Numbered from the stretch's first letter, positions 18,255 to 27,140 are shown. The stretch: 32,000 bases of DNA from Candidatus Hermodarchaeota archaeon (GCA_048886185.1 JBHLKY010000013.1:82687-114686); one strand, 5' to 3'. A program made the numbers and translations. Notes: generated by a model not told the origin, from the sequence alone.

Positions 18255-18643
18255 TGCTTAAGAACTCCTGAGTCATTTTCATGGTTGATTGATAGTGAAT
18301 TTCTTCTGATTTATTGCAAATATGACCTGAACCTGCAATAAAGGTTTTTACAGACAATGGCATAAATTTTGAAACAATTAAACACACAAGCTGCAGACTC
18401 CTGTTTTAATTGAATTTCGTTGAAAACAAAAGGAAAATCTAAAGAGTATACTCAACCTTAATAGTTTTGACATCAGAAAAGTTGCTGGTGGTTGTCCACT
18501 AGCGACGAATTCCATTGGTAGAGCATTCTCATCTCCAGATGGATTGTTTTATTTCTTATATTAAAACCTTCCCAATGTAGATTACTAACCAGTGGCAAAA
18601 CATGATGCTGCAAATTATTAAATAGCTATTTTGAGGGTAAATC

Positions 18644-19141
18644 ATGCCACCAGTCCTGAATATATTAGTGGATCCTGATGTTTCTCATTCTCTATTATTT
18701 CAATTAGACCAGTATTTGTTTGAAGTGTTTTCCTTCAATAAAATTGAGGTAATTACATCTGTTACGCTTCCTAGTTCTTGTTGGAATAAATCTCGATCTC
18801 AATTCGATGCTGCTTGCTTGTTATCTTTTACAACATCCTTTAAGAGTACTGAGATTGTTTTACTAATAATCTCTAAAGATGCATATGTTTCAGACTTGAA
18901 TTTTGCATTTGGAGTAGCATCTAGAGGATTAGGTGCCGTAGTTTCTGTTTACAGACTTGAAAATGACCCAGAGTTTTTACAAAAAGAAATAACTCATGAA
19001 TTAGGACATGTTTTCGGTTTAAAACACTGTTCACTACCATGTGTTATGACCTATTCCAACAGTAGAAGTGAAGCAAGACTGAAAAACAGAGCTTTTTGTC
19101 AAAAGTGTTTGAAGCTAATAAAACGAGAAACCTGTAAATAA
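18644..19141 (+). CDS. amzA: Archaemetzincin (M54 Zn-metalloprotease)
   Basis: Motif HELGHVFGLKHC...CVM..S with terminal FCQKC, plus upstream RSQFDA and LNFAFG. Confidence 0.9.
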   Translation: MPPVLNILVDPDVSHSLLFQLDQYLFEVFSFNKIEVITSVTLPSSCWNKSRSQFDAACLLSFTTSFKSTEIVLLIISKDAYVSDLNFAFGVASRGLGAVVSVYRLENDPEFLQKEITHELGHVFGLKHCSLPCVMTYSNSRSEARLKNRAFCQKCLKLIKRETCK

Positions 19142-19456
19142 AAATCTAAATACTACTCCACAAGACAATATCATGTATTAATATGTTAGTTGATAAATTT
19201 TAGTGCTTTCATTGCCTAAAAAATAAATAAAATTGAAAATCAACTTCTTTCCTCTATCATCACAGCTAAATAAATGCAGGAAGAATAAAACAGCTATTTG
19301 CTACTCTACTCTATAAAAATCAATTCAGATTTTTAATGATAGTTTTGAAAGCAAGTACCAACCAATGGCTATAGAGGATTATAATATTATTGACTTCAAT
19401 AGGATTTGGAGTAATTTTCCCTTTCATATATAATGTAAAGTTATTATCCATAACTG

Positions 19457-20206
19457 TTAGAATTTCTTACTTGCTTCCTTCAACAAATCTTGGGCTTCTG
19501 TAGAAAACCAGTGATTAATAAAGATATCTTCTTTATCCGTCAAATTTCTAAGAATCTGTTCTTCAACTAGTTCTACTTGATTACGTTTGATTCTTTTAAA
19601 CGCTTCCTGTGGTAATGATCCCAAAGCTTTTATTTTCTTTATCGATTCGTTTAATACCTTCTCTATGGGGAGTATTTTGTCAACCATACCCATCTGAAGT
19701 AATTCCTCTGAAGGATAAAAGTCTCCACTAAACGTAATCTCCTGTGCATTTCGTGGGCCAACAATCTGCCTTAAGATACAATCTCCAGGATAAGGAATTG
19801 GAACTCCTAATTTAACCTCGTTAAGCCCCATAAGTTTCCGTCCTTCTGCAATGAATCGAAAGTCACAACAAAGCGCCAGAATACACCCTCCCGCAATCCC
19901 ATGGCCAGTTAATGCTGCAATAGTAGGTTTGGGAAATGTATAGAGATCAACACACAAATGATTATACGATGTATAAAATCCTCTAAAATCCTCTCGAGAA
20001 AGCTGAAGTAGTTCTGGAATGTCAAATCCAATAGCAAAAAACTTGTTATTTGTACTAGAAATCACAATACCATGAATCTTGGGATCCTGTCTCATTTTTT
20101 TGAGACTTGATGAAATTCCTTTTACCAATTCTAGATTTATTGCATTGGTGACCCCACGATCTAACTTCATTATTCCTACATTTTCTGAGACATTTATACT
20201 GATCAT
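19457..20206 (-). CDS. Enoyl-CoA hydratase/isomerase family protein, probably delta3-delta2 enoyl-CoA isomerase type
   Basis: Oxyanion motif FAIGFDI. GIAGGCIL lacks the first catalytic Glu of hydratases while LNEVKLG retains the second, which is the ECI1-like pattern. Confidence 0.88.
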   Translation of the reverse strand: MISINVSENVGIMKLDRGVTNAINLELVKGISSSLKKMRQDPKIHGIVISSTNNKFFAIGFDIPELLQLSREDFRGFYTSYNHLCVDLYTFPKPTIAALTGHGIAGGCILALCCDFRFIAEGRKLMGLNEVKLGVPIPYPGDCILRQIVGPRNAQEITFSGDFYPSEELLQMGMVDKILPIEKVLNESIKKIKALGSLPQEAFKRIKRNQVELVEEQILRNLTDKEDIFINHWFSTEAQDLLKEASKKF

Positions 20207-20446
20207 CTTTAGTACCAGCTCTTAGATTACGACTTTTTAGGGTTAAAACAACACATCTTGATTCATACTCATAAATTTCATTCTAGAGGTAATCATTCTA
20301 TTACATATCATTATTATTTTTCAGGTGGTTCAAAATTACTTAAAGGTTAAGAGTGAAATTTTAAAACCCGTGTTTGAGAAGTAGGAATCCCAGAAAAGCA
20401 AAAAATCAATTGACATAACTTTAATACGAAATTTCCTACTGTAGCA

Positions 20447-21526
20447 TTACAAAGCAAAGCCAAATTTTTCCTCTTTGTACCATGGATTTATATCCAAAAA
20501 GGAACCAAATTTCGCCATTGATTCTGAAAGAGATGTGCCATTTGTTTGAAAACCAAAAGATCTTACTTTCTCACTATTAATCCAAATATCCTGTCCTAAC
20601 TTATCAAACAAGATGGGAATCAGAAATGAGTGTTCCTGAGGTTTCTTTATCTTGCGGATAATACGAGCAGCATAATAAAGTGGTTTAAACAAGAATAAAG
20701 GTACGGAGATAATTGATAAGTCTTTTTTTCGAAGAGCTTGACTTAATTCTTGAACAACTTCACGTAAAGAATGAGTAAAACTCACAAGATTAAACTCTTC
20801 GCCATTTCCCTTACTAAAATCCGAAAAATAGATGATTGCAGAACTTACATCCCTTACATCTACGAGACTAATCTTATCTTTTCCACCACGAGGTAAAGGT
20901 ACAAAATGTCCAATAAACATTCGTGCAAGAACATCGATTGTTGAGCCAGATCCGCCTATGATTCCAGATGGGCGTAAAACTGTGATTAATCTTTCTGGAT
21001 GACATTTTTGATATTTTTGAACCAAAGCTTCTCCTAATGCCTTTGTTAATTCATAATTCTTATTTAACTTAAGATCAATCTCTGTAACTTCAGTAACACC
21101 TTGACATTCATTACCCTTCATGTGGCCATATACAGCAACCGAGGAGAGGTAGATCAGCTTTTTAATTTGGTTTTGATGGAATGCTTGTAAGATTCTTTTC
21201 GTTCCACAGACATTAACATCATAAAGTAGCTCATATGGTTGCCAAAAGTTAAAAATTGCGCCTGAATGAATTAATATGGAATTATGAGGATCTGATACTT
21301 TTGTAAATGCTAAGACATCATCATCACTTCTCAGATCACCTTGGAATATATCAATTCCTTTATTCATACACCATTCCAAAAATCGCTCTCGATGAGGATT
21401 CCCCTCCTTTTTACGCACCAACAATCTAATTTTTTCAGGTATGCTGGCATAAAATGGGTCATTGAGTATTTGATGAACGAGTTCTTGACCGACCAAGCCT
21501 GTACCACCTGTGATTAAGAAAGTCAA
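20447..21526 (-). CDS. Extended SDR, NAD-dependent epimerase/dehydratase family
   Basis: Motifs FLITGGTGLVG, NVCGT, LSSVAVYG, YELTK and LRPSGIIG. TTG start 6 nt after AGGAGGT. Confidence 0.9.
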   Translation of the reverse strand: MTFLITGGTGLVGQELVHQILNDPFYASIPEKIRLLVRKKEGNPHRERFLEWCMNKGIDIFQGDLRSDDDVLAFTKVSDPHNSILIHSGAIFNFWQPYELLYDVNVCGTKRILQAFHQNQIKKLIYLSSVAVYGHMKGNECQGVTEVTEIDLKLNKNYELTKALGEALVQKYQKCHPERLITVLRPSGIIGGSGSTIDVLARMFIGHFVPLPRGGKDKISLVDVRDVSSAIIYFSDFSKGNGEEFNLVSFTHSLREVVQELSQALRKKDLSIISVPLFLFKPLYYAARIIRKIKKPQEHSFLIPILFDKLGQDIWINSEKVRSFGFQTNGTSLSESMAKFGSFLDINPWYKEEKFGFAL

Positions 21527-21633
21527 GAAGAAACCTCCTATTACACTAACATAATTACAGAATTGATACTATTAATAGAATCCCAAAAATAAAGATGAAA
21601 ATGTCTTAAAGACTTCATTATTTTCGGAGGATT

Positions 21634-22662
21634 ATGTTTAATCCTGGAAATATTGGAGCCTTAAAACTCCCAAATCGCTTTGTACGTTCCGCAACAGCTG
21701 AATTTGCAGCAAATGATAACGATGGTACCATAACTAAAGAATATTATACATTGTATTCTAATTTAGCCAAGGGAGGAATAGGGCTTATAATCCAGGGGCA
21801 CCTTTATATTATGGATGAGGGGAAAGCTCATGATAAAATGGCTGGAATTGCCTATGATAGTCATATAGCTGGTCTAAAGCAAATTACTGAAATTGTCCAT
21901 AAAACAAGACCAGGAAGTGTCATTGCTGCCCAGTTAAACCATGGAGGAGCTCATTCGGTGAGTACCAAAACCGCTTCACCCCGAAAAGGTAAAGAAATTA
22001 AAGTGATGAATGAAGAAGACATTGAAAATGTAATCAAGGGATTTCAAAAGGCTGCACTCCGTGCAAAAAAAGCTGGTTATGATGCGGTTCAGATTCACTC
22101 TGCCCATGGATATTTACTTAGCCAATTTCTCTCTAGTAAAACAAATAGGCGAACGGATTCATGGGGTGGCAGTTTAGAGAATAGAGCACAATTTTTGTTA
22201 TCAGTCTATCGTGATATAAGATCAGCTGTTGGAGCTAATTATCCAATACTGGTAAAAATGAACGGATCCGATGACCCTTCAGAAGGCTTTCCTATCGAAG
22301 AAGGTTCCAAAGTAGCTGGTTGGTTAGCTGATGAAGAGCTTGACGCACTTGAAATAAGTGGAATGAAGTCTACACGCCCAGTCAAAAAACAAGATGAGGG
22401 GTACTTTGTAACAACTGGGAGAAGAATCAAGCAGCACATTGCTGACCTACCACTGATTTTAGTAGGTGGACATCGTTCATTAGCTCACATGCAAAAGCTA
22501 AGAGAAGAATTTGTTGATTTTATTTCCCTATGTAGACCCTTTATCAGAGAACCTGATCTTGTACAAAAGTTTCAAGCAGGAAAGGATAGATCTGATTGTA
22601 CATCCTGCAATCGCTGTCTTAAAGAACGGATTGTGACTAAATGTCTAGAGAAAGAAGATTAG
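21634..22662 (+). CDS. NADH:flavin oxidoreductase (Old Yellow Enzyme family)
   Basis: Motifs NRFVRSAT, QLNHGG, AGYDAVQIHSAHGYLLSQFLS..TNRRTD.WGGSLENR and RPFIREPDL, plus C-terminal CTSCNRC. Confidence 0.94.
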   Translation: MFNPGNIGALKLPNRFVRSATAEFAANDNDGTITKEYYTLYSNLAKGGIGLIIQGHLYIMDEGKAHDKMAGIAYDSHIAGLKQITEIVHKTRPGSVIAAQLNHGGAHSVSTKTASPRKGKEIKVMNEEDIENVIKGFQKAALRAKKAGYDAVQIHSAHGYLLSQFLSSKTNRRTDSWGGSLENRAQFLLSVYRDIRSAVGANYPILVKMNGSDDPSEGFPIEEGSKVAGWLADEELDALEISGMKSTRPVKKQDEGYFVTTGRRIKQHIADLPLILVGGHRSLAHMQKLREEFVDFISLCRPFIREPDLVQKFQAGKDRSDCTSCNRCLKERIVTKCLEKED

Positions 22663-23304
22663 GATCCCAATGAACATAAATAATAAACCGCTAACTATGT
22701 TTATTTTGTTCCTTGGTATTTTAGCGGCAACTTTTTCCCCTGCATACACACCAATCCCATTTACCACAGCTAAAGCACTTAGAGCTCCTAATAATACTCC
22801 CCAAGGATCTACTTGAGTAGCTAACCCAACTCCCATTAGCATTGTTTTGTCACCCAATTCTGCTAAAAACATGAACGAAAGTGAGGCAATAAATCCTCCC
22901 TTCTGTACAACCTCGGTGAGGTAAATTTCACAATTTTCCATATCTGGACAATTTTCATGAGGTTTGTCACAAAAGTCTAAATCTATCGGACAAAATTGAA
23001 CAGATTCATTACTATTTTTTCGGAATTGAATCAGTAGGAAAATTATTCCCCCTATAATAAAAAGAATACCAATTAAAGGTTTTAAAAAGGAGAATTCAAT
23101 CACACTTTTCATTAGGGTCCCAATTATTACTGCAATTAATGTGACTCCCGTCAATCCGCAAATCGCTCCTAAAAACACTTTTTTTGGGCTTCGATATTTC
23201 ATACTTAATGCAAATGCAGCCAATTGGGTTTTATCTCCCATTTCCATGATAAATACAGCCATGAAGGAAAAAAAAAGTGCCTGAGAGAGTTCAATTAACG
23301 ACAT
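22645..23304 (-). CDS. GDT1/TMEM165 (UPF0016) family Ca2+/Mn2+ transporter with Cys-rich central loop
   Basis: Two E-x-G-D-K-T repeats (MEMGDKTQ, AELGDKTM), each followed by TM helices. Confidence 0.93.
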   Translation of the reverse strand: MSLIELSQALFFSFMAVFIMEMGDKTQLAAFALSMKYRSPKKVFLGAICGLTGVTLIAVIIGTLMKSVIEFSFLKPLIGILFIIGGIIFLLIQFRKNSNESVQFCPIDLDFCDKPHENCPDMENCEIYLTEVVQKGGFIASLSFMFLAELGDKTMLMGVGLATQVDPWGVLLGALSALAVVNGIGVYAGEKVAAKIPRNKINIVSGLLFMFIGILIFFL

Positions 23305-23396
23305 TTAGACTATTTTCCTGATTACTATACAATAGAAGCCTATAAATATCGATTAAAAAAATGATTATGACAAAATTTATGTATTTGGTGAGATGA

Positions 23397-24236
23397 ATGT
23401 GTCGTTGGTGTGTTGAACATACTGCCCGAAAAATTTGGTATTTAGAACCAGTGAACCATAAATTAGGCACGATTAATCGATTACAGCGATTTTGGGACTG
23501 GTATATTGATATGGGGATTCTTTATGGGACCATTGATGACATTAGTCAAAAGGAAAAACCTTGGGGATTTCCGAAAAAAAATTTCTATAGCTTTTATGCT
23601 AAAAGAATACATGGAGGACAAGTGGTTGCTTCTCTCAAAGAGTCCCTGAAAATCCTCGAAATGAGTCAAGACTTATATCTCACTTATTGTAGTTGTAGAT
23701 ATTCGACGCATTCAGAACACCCAAAACTAAACAAATGTATCTTACTCAACAATGACGCTGAGCAGGCTCGTCGATGGGATGGTAAGGCCAAACTAAAAGG
23801 AAAACCAACAATTGGTACGTTCATTGATATTAACGATGCTAGGGATATTATTGTCAACTCTAGAAAGGAGGAGAAATGTTTTCAAACTGTTCTTTGGAAG
23901 TGGCCTCCTCGGGTCGCGTGTTTATGTAATTGTGATCAGTATTGCGCTTCATGGTGGGCCCCAGAGATTGAATGGGGGCGACTCCCTTCATTCCATCGGT
24001 CTAGAGTAGCTAATCCAGATCGATGCGATAAATGTGGCATGTGTGTAAATTATTGCCATAAAAAGGCATTAATTCTTAATGACGAGAGTGGGCCTCAAAT
24101 TGATCAAGAAAAGTGTTTAGGTTGTGGACTTTGTGTCGAGAATTGTCCTCAAAATGTGTTTACATTGGTACCTCGTAAAGCCATATATGACCGTCAAATA
24201 GGTAAAACTGTTGAATTAATCTCTGAAAGCTCCTAA
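23397..24236 (+). CDS. Multi-cluster iron-sulfur protein (4Fe-4S dicluster at C-terminus)
   Basis: Two ferredoxin motifs CDKCGMCVNYC and CLGCGLCVENCP, plus extra Cys groups MCRWC..H, CSCR and CLCNCDQYC. GGTGA SD upstream. Confidence 0.88.
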   Translation: MCRWCVEHTARKIWYLEPVNHKLGTINRLQRFWDWYIDMGILYGTIDDISQKEKPWGFPKKNFYSFYAKRIHGGQVVASLKESLKILEMSQDLYLTYCSCRYSTHSEHPKLNKCILLNNDAEQARRWDGKAKLKGKPTIGTFIDINDARDIIVNSRKEEKCFQTVLWKWPPRVACLCNCDQYCASWWAPEIEWGRLPSFHRSRVANPDRCDKCGMCVNYCHKKALILNDESGPQIDQEKCLGCGLCVENCPQNVFTLVPRKAIYDRQIGKTVELISESS

Positions 24237-24252
24237 AATTGATGCATAGACG

Positions 24253-26193
24253 ATGGTAAAAGAGATAACAACTGTACAAAAGGTAGAATTTCTTCTCTTA
24301 ATAGCTATTTTTCTCGGTTCTTTTATTCTACTCTTTTTTCAAATAGTACTGTCACCAAAATATGATAAATCCCTTCCAGCAGCTGATTTAGTGGGTCACT
24401 TACCGTTAAGTGCTGCTATTCAGCAACCAACTATCACAAATGATCTTGGAGATCACCCTCTTGAAATTAGGGAAATTTCACAGATTCTTTGGGCTCTCCA
24501 AGGGATAACACACGGTGTCAACAAAAGAACAGTCCCTTCAGCAGGCGCAACATACCCCTTGGAGATTTTTTTAGTACACAAAGGGTCAAGCACATTGAAG
24601 AAAGGGCAATACAAATACTCTCCCCAATATCATAAGTTGAAACTCATTTCTTCCTCATCTAATTGGTCAGAATTACTGCTATCATTCCTTGATGATGATT
24701 ACAAAGCCATATCTAACGTTAGTACCGTCTTTTTAATACTTACTGATTATTCTCGTACAACCAATATATATAGTTCCAATCATTCATTATATGCTTATCG
24801 TGGAATCCAATATGTCCATTTAGAAGTAGGACATGCCATTCAGAATTTTCAACTGCAGCTAGCGTCTCTGAATTTAAAATCACGGATAATTTTCAACTTT
24901 ACCTCCCAAATAATTAAAGATTTTCTCGATTCAACCTTGGATCCCATGGTAGTGTTACCTGTTGGAATTGATAGAGTTTCTTCCCCATCTCCTTTAAGAT
25001 TAAAGCAGAATCTCTCTTGTAACAAAGAAGAAATGACAGTTGAGCAAGCCATTGCGAAACGAAAGTCCGTAAGGGACTACTTAGATGGAAAAATTCCACT
25101 GCTGGTCATCTTGAATATCTTGAATGACAGCATAAATATTCCATATTTAACCAAAGATAATTTGCATCTTGATTTTCGTTTTGTTGCTGGTGAAATTGGA
25201 GGATTGTCAAATGGATCTTATCGATTTCAACTTGAAAATCACACTCTTACTCTAATAGAACTAGGGGATTTCCGAACTGAACTGAGAGAAGCGGGTTTAA
25301 ATCAAATAATGATTGAAAAAGCTCAATGTGACATTGTTATCTCTGTGAATACAACTTGGATTAAAGAACAACTTGATCCACTACTTTATCATCGGATAAT
25401 GATGTACAATATTGGTATGTTGGCTCAAAATATCTATTTAAAATGTGCAGCATATGGTTTAGGAACTGTTGTAGTTGGGGCTTTATATGAAGGCAAGACT
25501 TCTCGAGTGATAGATATTCCTAACACTCATACTCCGATCTATATCATACCAATCGGGTTAACGCCAGAATTTTTTGAAAATAAAAGCATAATTTATATTC
25601 CATTAACTAATTTGGCTAGGAATATCGGACTACTGTCCTATATCCCCTTCTATTTTTGCCTGTATCTTTCTCTTCCAATATTAAGACAAAGAATTAGTAA
25701 AAAAATGCGTTGGATACATTGTCTTAGTGGTATTATCCCTTTATTGGGTGTTTTTTTTCACTTTATGGTTATTCATGGCCATGTTCGGGATCTCTGGGAT
25801 TTTATAAACCTAAATTCCTATTTTAGTGCTTTGATTCGCTTTGTAACTAAAATTCTTTTGTTTCCAATAACTAGATATGATATAGGGATTTACTTGGCAA
25901 ATCTGAATATCCTATTAGGATTTTCAGCTGGTGTAACTGGAATTATTGTTGGATTCAAGATAATCAAGAACAAAAAGCTGGTTAAAAAGATTCATAAATA
26001 CTCCATCTTTGGTATAATCTTCTTTATGATTATTCATGTTTTACTGAATAGAACAATGGTCGTCATCGACCCTATTGTTTTCCTTTTACTGAATGTATTG
26101 ACAATTGATCTTTTTTTCATAATATATTTATATCCTAAATTAGCTACAGACATTTTTAAAAGAAAGAAGACAACATCTTCATTGTTTCCTTAA
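24253..26193 (+). CDS. Membrane-anchored tandem SagB/ThcOx-type nitroreductase fused to a C-terminal cytochrome-b/ferric-reductase-like membrane domain
   Basis: N-terminal TM helix. Domain 1 has RTVPSAGATYPLE and EVGHAIQN. Domain 2 has AIAKRKSVR and GLGTVVVGA. The last ~200 aa form about five TM helices with His pairs H489/H503 and H581/H595. Confidence 0.85.
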   Translation: MVKEITTVQKVEFLLLIAIFLGSFILLFFQIVLSPKYDKSLPAADLVGHLPLSAAIQQPTITNDLGDHPLEIREISQILWALQGITHGVNKRTVPSAGATYPLEIFLVHKGSSTLKKGQYKYSPQYHKLKLISSSSNWSELLLSFLDDDYKAISNVSTVFLILTDYSRTTNIYSSNHSLYAYRGIQYVHLEVGHAIQNFQLQLASLNLKSRIIFNFTSQIIKDFLDSTLDPMVVLPVGIDRVSSPSPLRLKQNLSCNKEEMTVEQAIAKRKSVRDYLDGKIPLLVILNILNDSINIPYLTKDNLHLDFRFVAGEIGGLSNGSYRFQLENHTLTLIELGDFRTELREAGLNQIMIEKAQCDIVISVNTTWIKEQLDPLLYHRIMMYNIGMLAQNIYLKCAAYGLGTVVVGALYEGKTSRVIDIPNTHTPIYIIPIGLTPEFFENKSIIYIPLTNLARNIGLLSYIPFYFCLYLSLPILRQRISKKMRWIHCLSGIIPLLGVFFHFMVIHGHVRDLWDFINLNSYFSALIRFVTKILLFPITRYDIGIYLANLNILLGFSAGVTGIIVGFKIIKNKKLVKKIHKYSIFGIIFFMIIHVLLNRTMVVIDPIVFLLLNVLTIDLFFIIYLYPKLATDIFKRKKTTSSLFP

Positions 26194-26196
26194 ATT

Positions 26197-27129
26197 ATGG
26201 AGTTAGTTATTTTGCCTCATATATCGCGAAAAAGAATTGCGATCTGTTGTCATGGATTCTTGGGAGTTCCTGAAATGATGCATGAGGTCGAAACTACTCT
26301 CAGTAAGGATCCTTTTGATCAGGTTTATGATAGAGTATTCAACATCTCATATTATAGTTCCAAATATGGTATAAACTTTAGTCAACCTTTTGATTTAAAA
26401 ACCCCAATATATGAGAAAACCACAAACCAAACACTTGCACATAATTTCTTGAATCAAATATATTTCTGTCTAAAGGATTATAGGGAGGAAATTAACATTG
26501 ACATCTATGCTCACTCAATGGGTGGATTAGTAACACGCAGTATGGTAAAATATCTATCAGAGGAAAGAGATGATGGTATTTGGATTAAAAATGGAATAAT
26601 CAGGAAAATTTTTCTATTGGGAACTCCAAATCATGGAACCAGATTATCCCAACGCTCTATAGATATCCCCATAGATATCTTGATGACAGGGTTAAATCTC
26701 ATGTTTGAGCTTCCAGATGGTCTCACATCTGATGATCTACAACTCTTCAAATCCCAATTCATGCAAATGGTACCAAACTCCACTTTTTTAAGACAACTAA
26801 ATCAATCCTCAAAAAGTATCGAAGAACTCATTACATGGGTCACAGTAAGAGGATTATCGTGGATAAATCAGCTTGGATGGTTACCTGTAGTGTGGCAGCC
26901 ATTCTTGTTCAGGAAATTCTGGGTTGATGGTCATTTCCCATTTTTCCACGTTGGGATTATTCCTAATGATGGATTGGTTGATGCTAAACGAGTACCTTTA
27001 AAATTTGCCAAAAATCTCACTGTTCCATCGGCAACTCACATGGATCTCTTGTGTTGGAAATCTAAAAAGTCTGGAAGACAAGTCTTGGATATACTTAAAC
27101 CAATTATTATGGTTAATGGGAAAAACTAA
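26197..27129 (+). CDS. Alpha/beta hydrolase, lipase/PGAP1/DUF676-like
   Basis: Motifs CHGFLG, AHSMGG (Ser), LGTPNHGT, NDGLV (Asp) and ATHM (His). Confidence 0.88.
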   Translation: MELVILPHISRKRIAICCHGFLGVPEMMHEVETTLSKDPFDQVYDRVFNISYYSSKYGINFSQPFDLKTPIYEKTTNQTLAHNFLNQIYFCLKDYREEINIDIYAHSMGGLVTRSMVKYLSEERDDGIWIKNGIIRKIFLLGTPNHGTRLSQRSIDIPIDILMTGLNLMFELPDGLTSDDLQLFKSQFMQMVPNSTFLRQLNQSSKSIEELITWVTVRGLSWINQLGWLPVVWQPFLFRKFWVDGHFPFFHVGIIPNDGLVDAKRVPLKFAKNLTVPSATHMDLLCWKSKKSGRQVLDILKPIIMVNGKN

Positions 27130-27133
27130 TCGA

Positions 27134-27140
27134 TTTTTTT
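27134..27140 (+). terminator. Candidate oligo-T archaeal terminator after the Fe-S/nitroreductase/lipase operon
   Basis: A T7 tract starts 5 nt after the TAA at 27127-27129. Confidence 0.3.

Noticed and set aside
18247-18384. 38-46 codon ORF overlapping the trpS start as an attenuator leader peptide
   Set aside because: It contains no Trp codons and no terminator/antiterminator pair was seen. It is probably a chance ORF.
18505-18580. Intact tRNA-Trp gene
   Set aside because: There is no paired anticodon stem, no GTTCRA T-loop and no acceptor stem. It is kept only as a low-confidence structured element.
22645-22662. 18-nt overlap of convergent OYE and GDT1 3' ends as antisense regulation
   Set aside because: Short convergent overlaps are ordinary in compact archaeal genomes.
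24253-26193. Thiazole/oxazole RiPP (TOMM) biosynthetic cluster suggested by SagB-type domains
   Set aside because: No YcaO, E1-like/ocin-ThiF protein or Cys/Ser-rich precursor is in the window. Stand-alone SagB-like nitroreductases are common.
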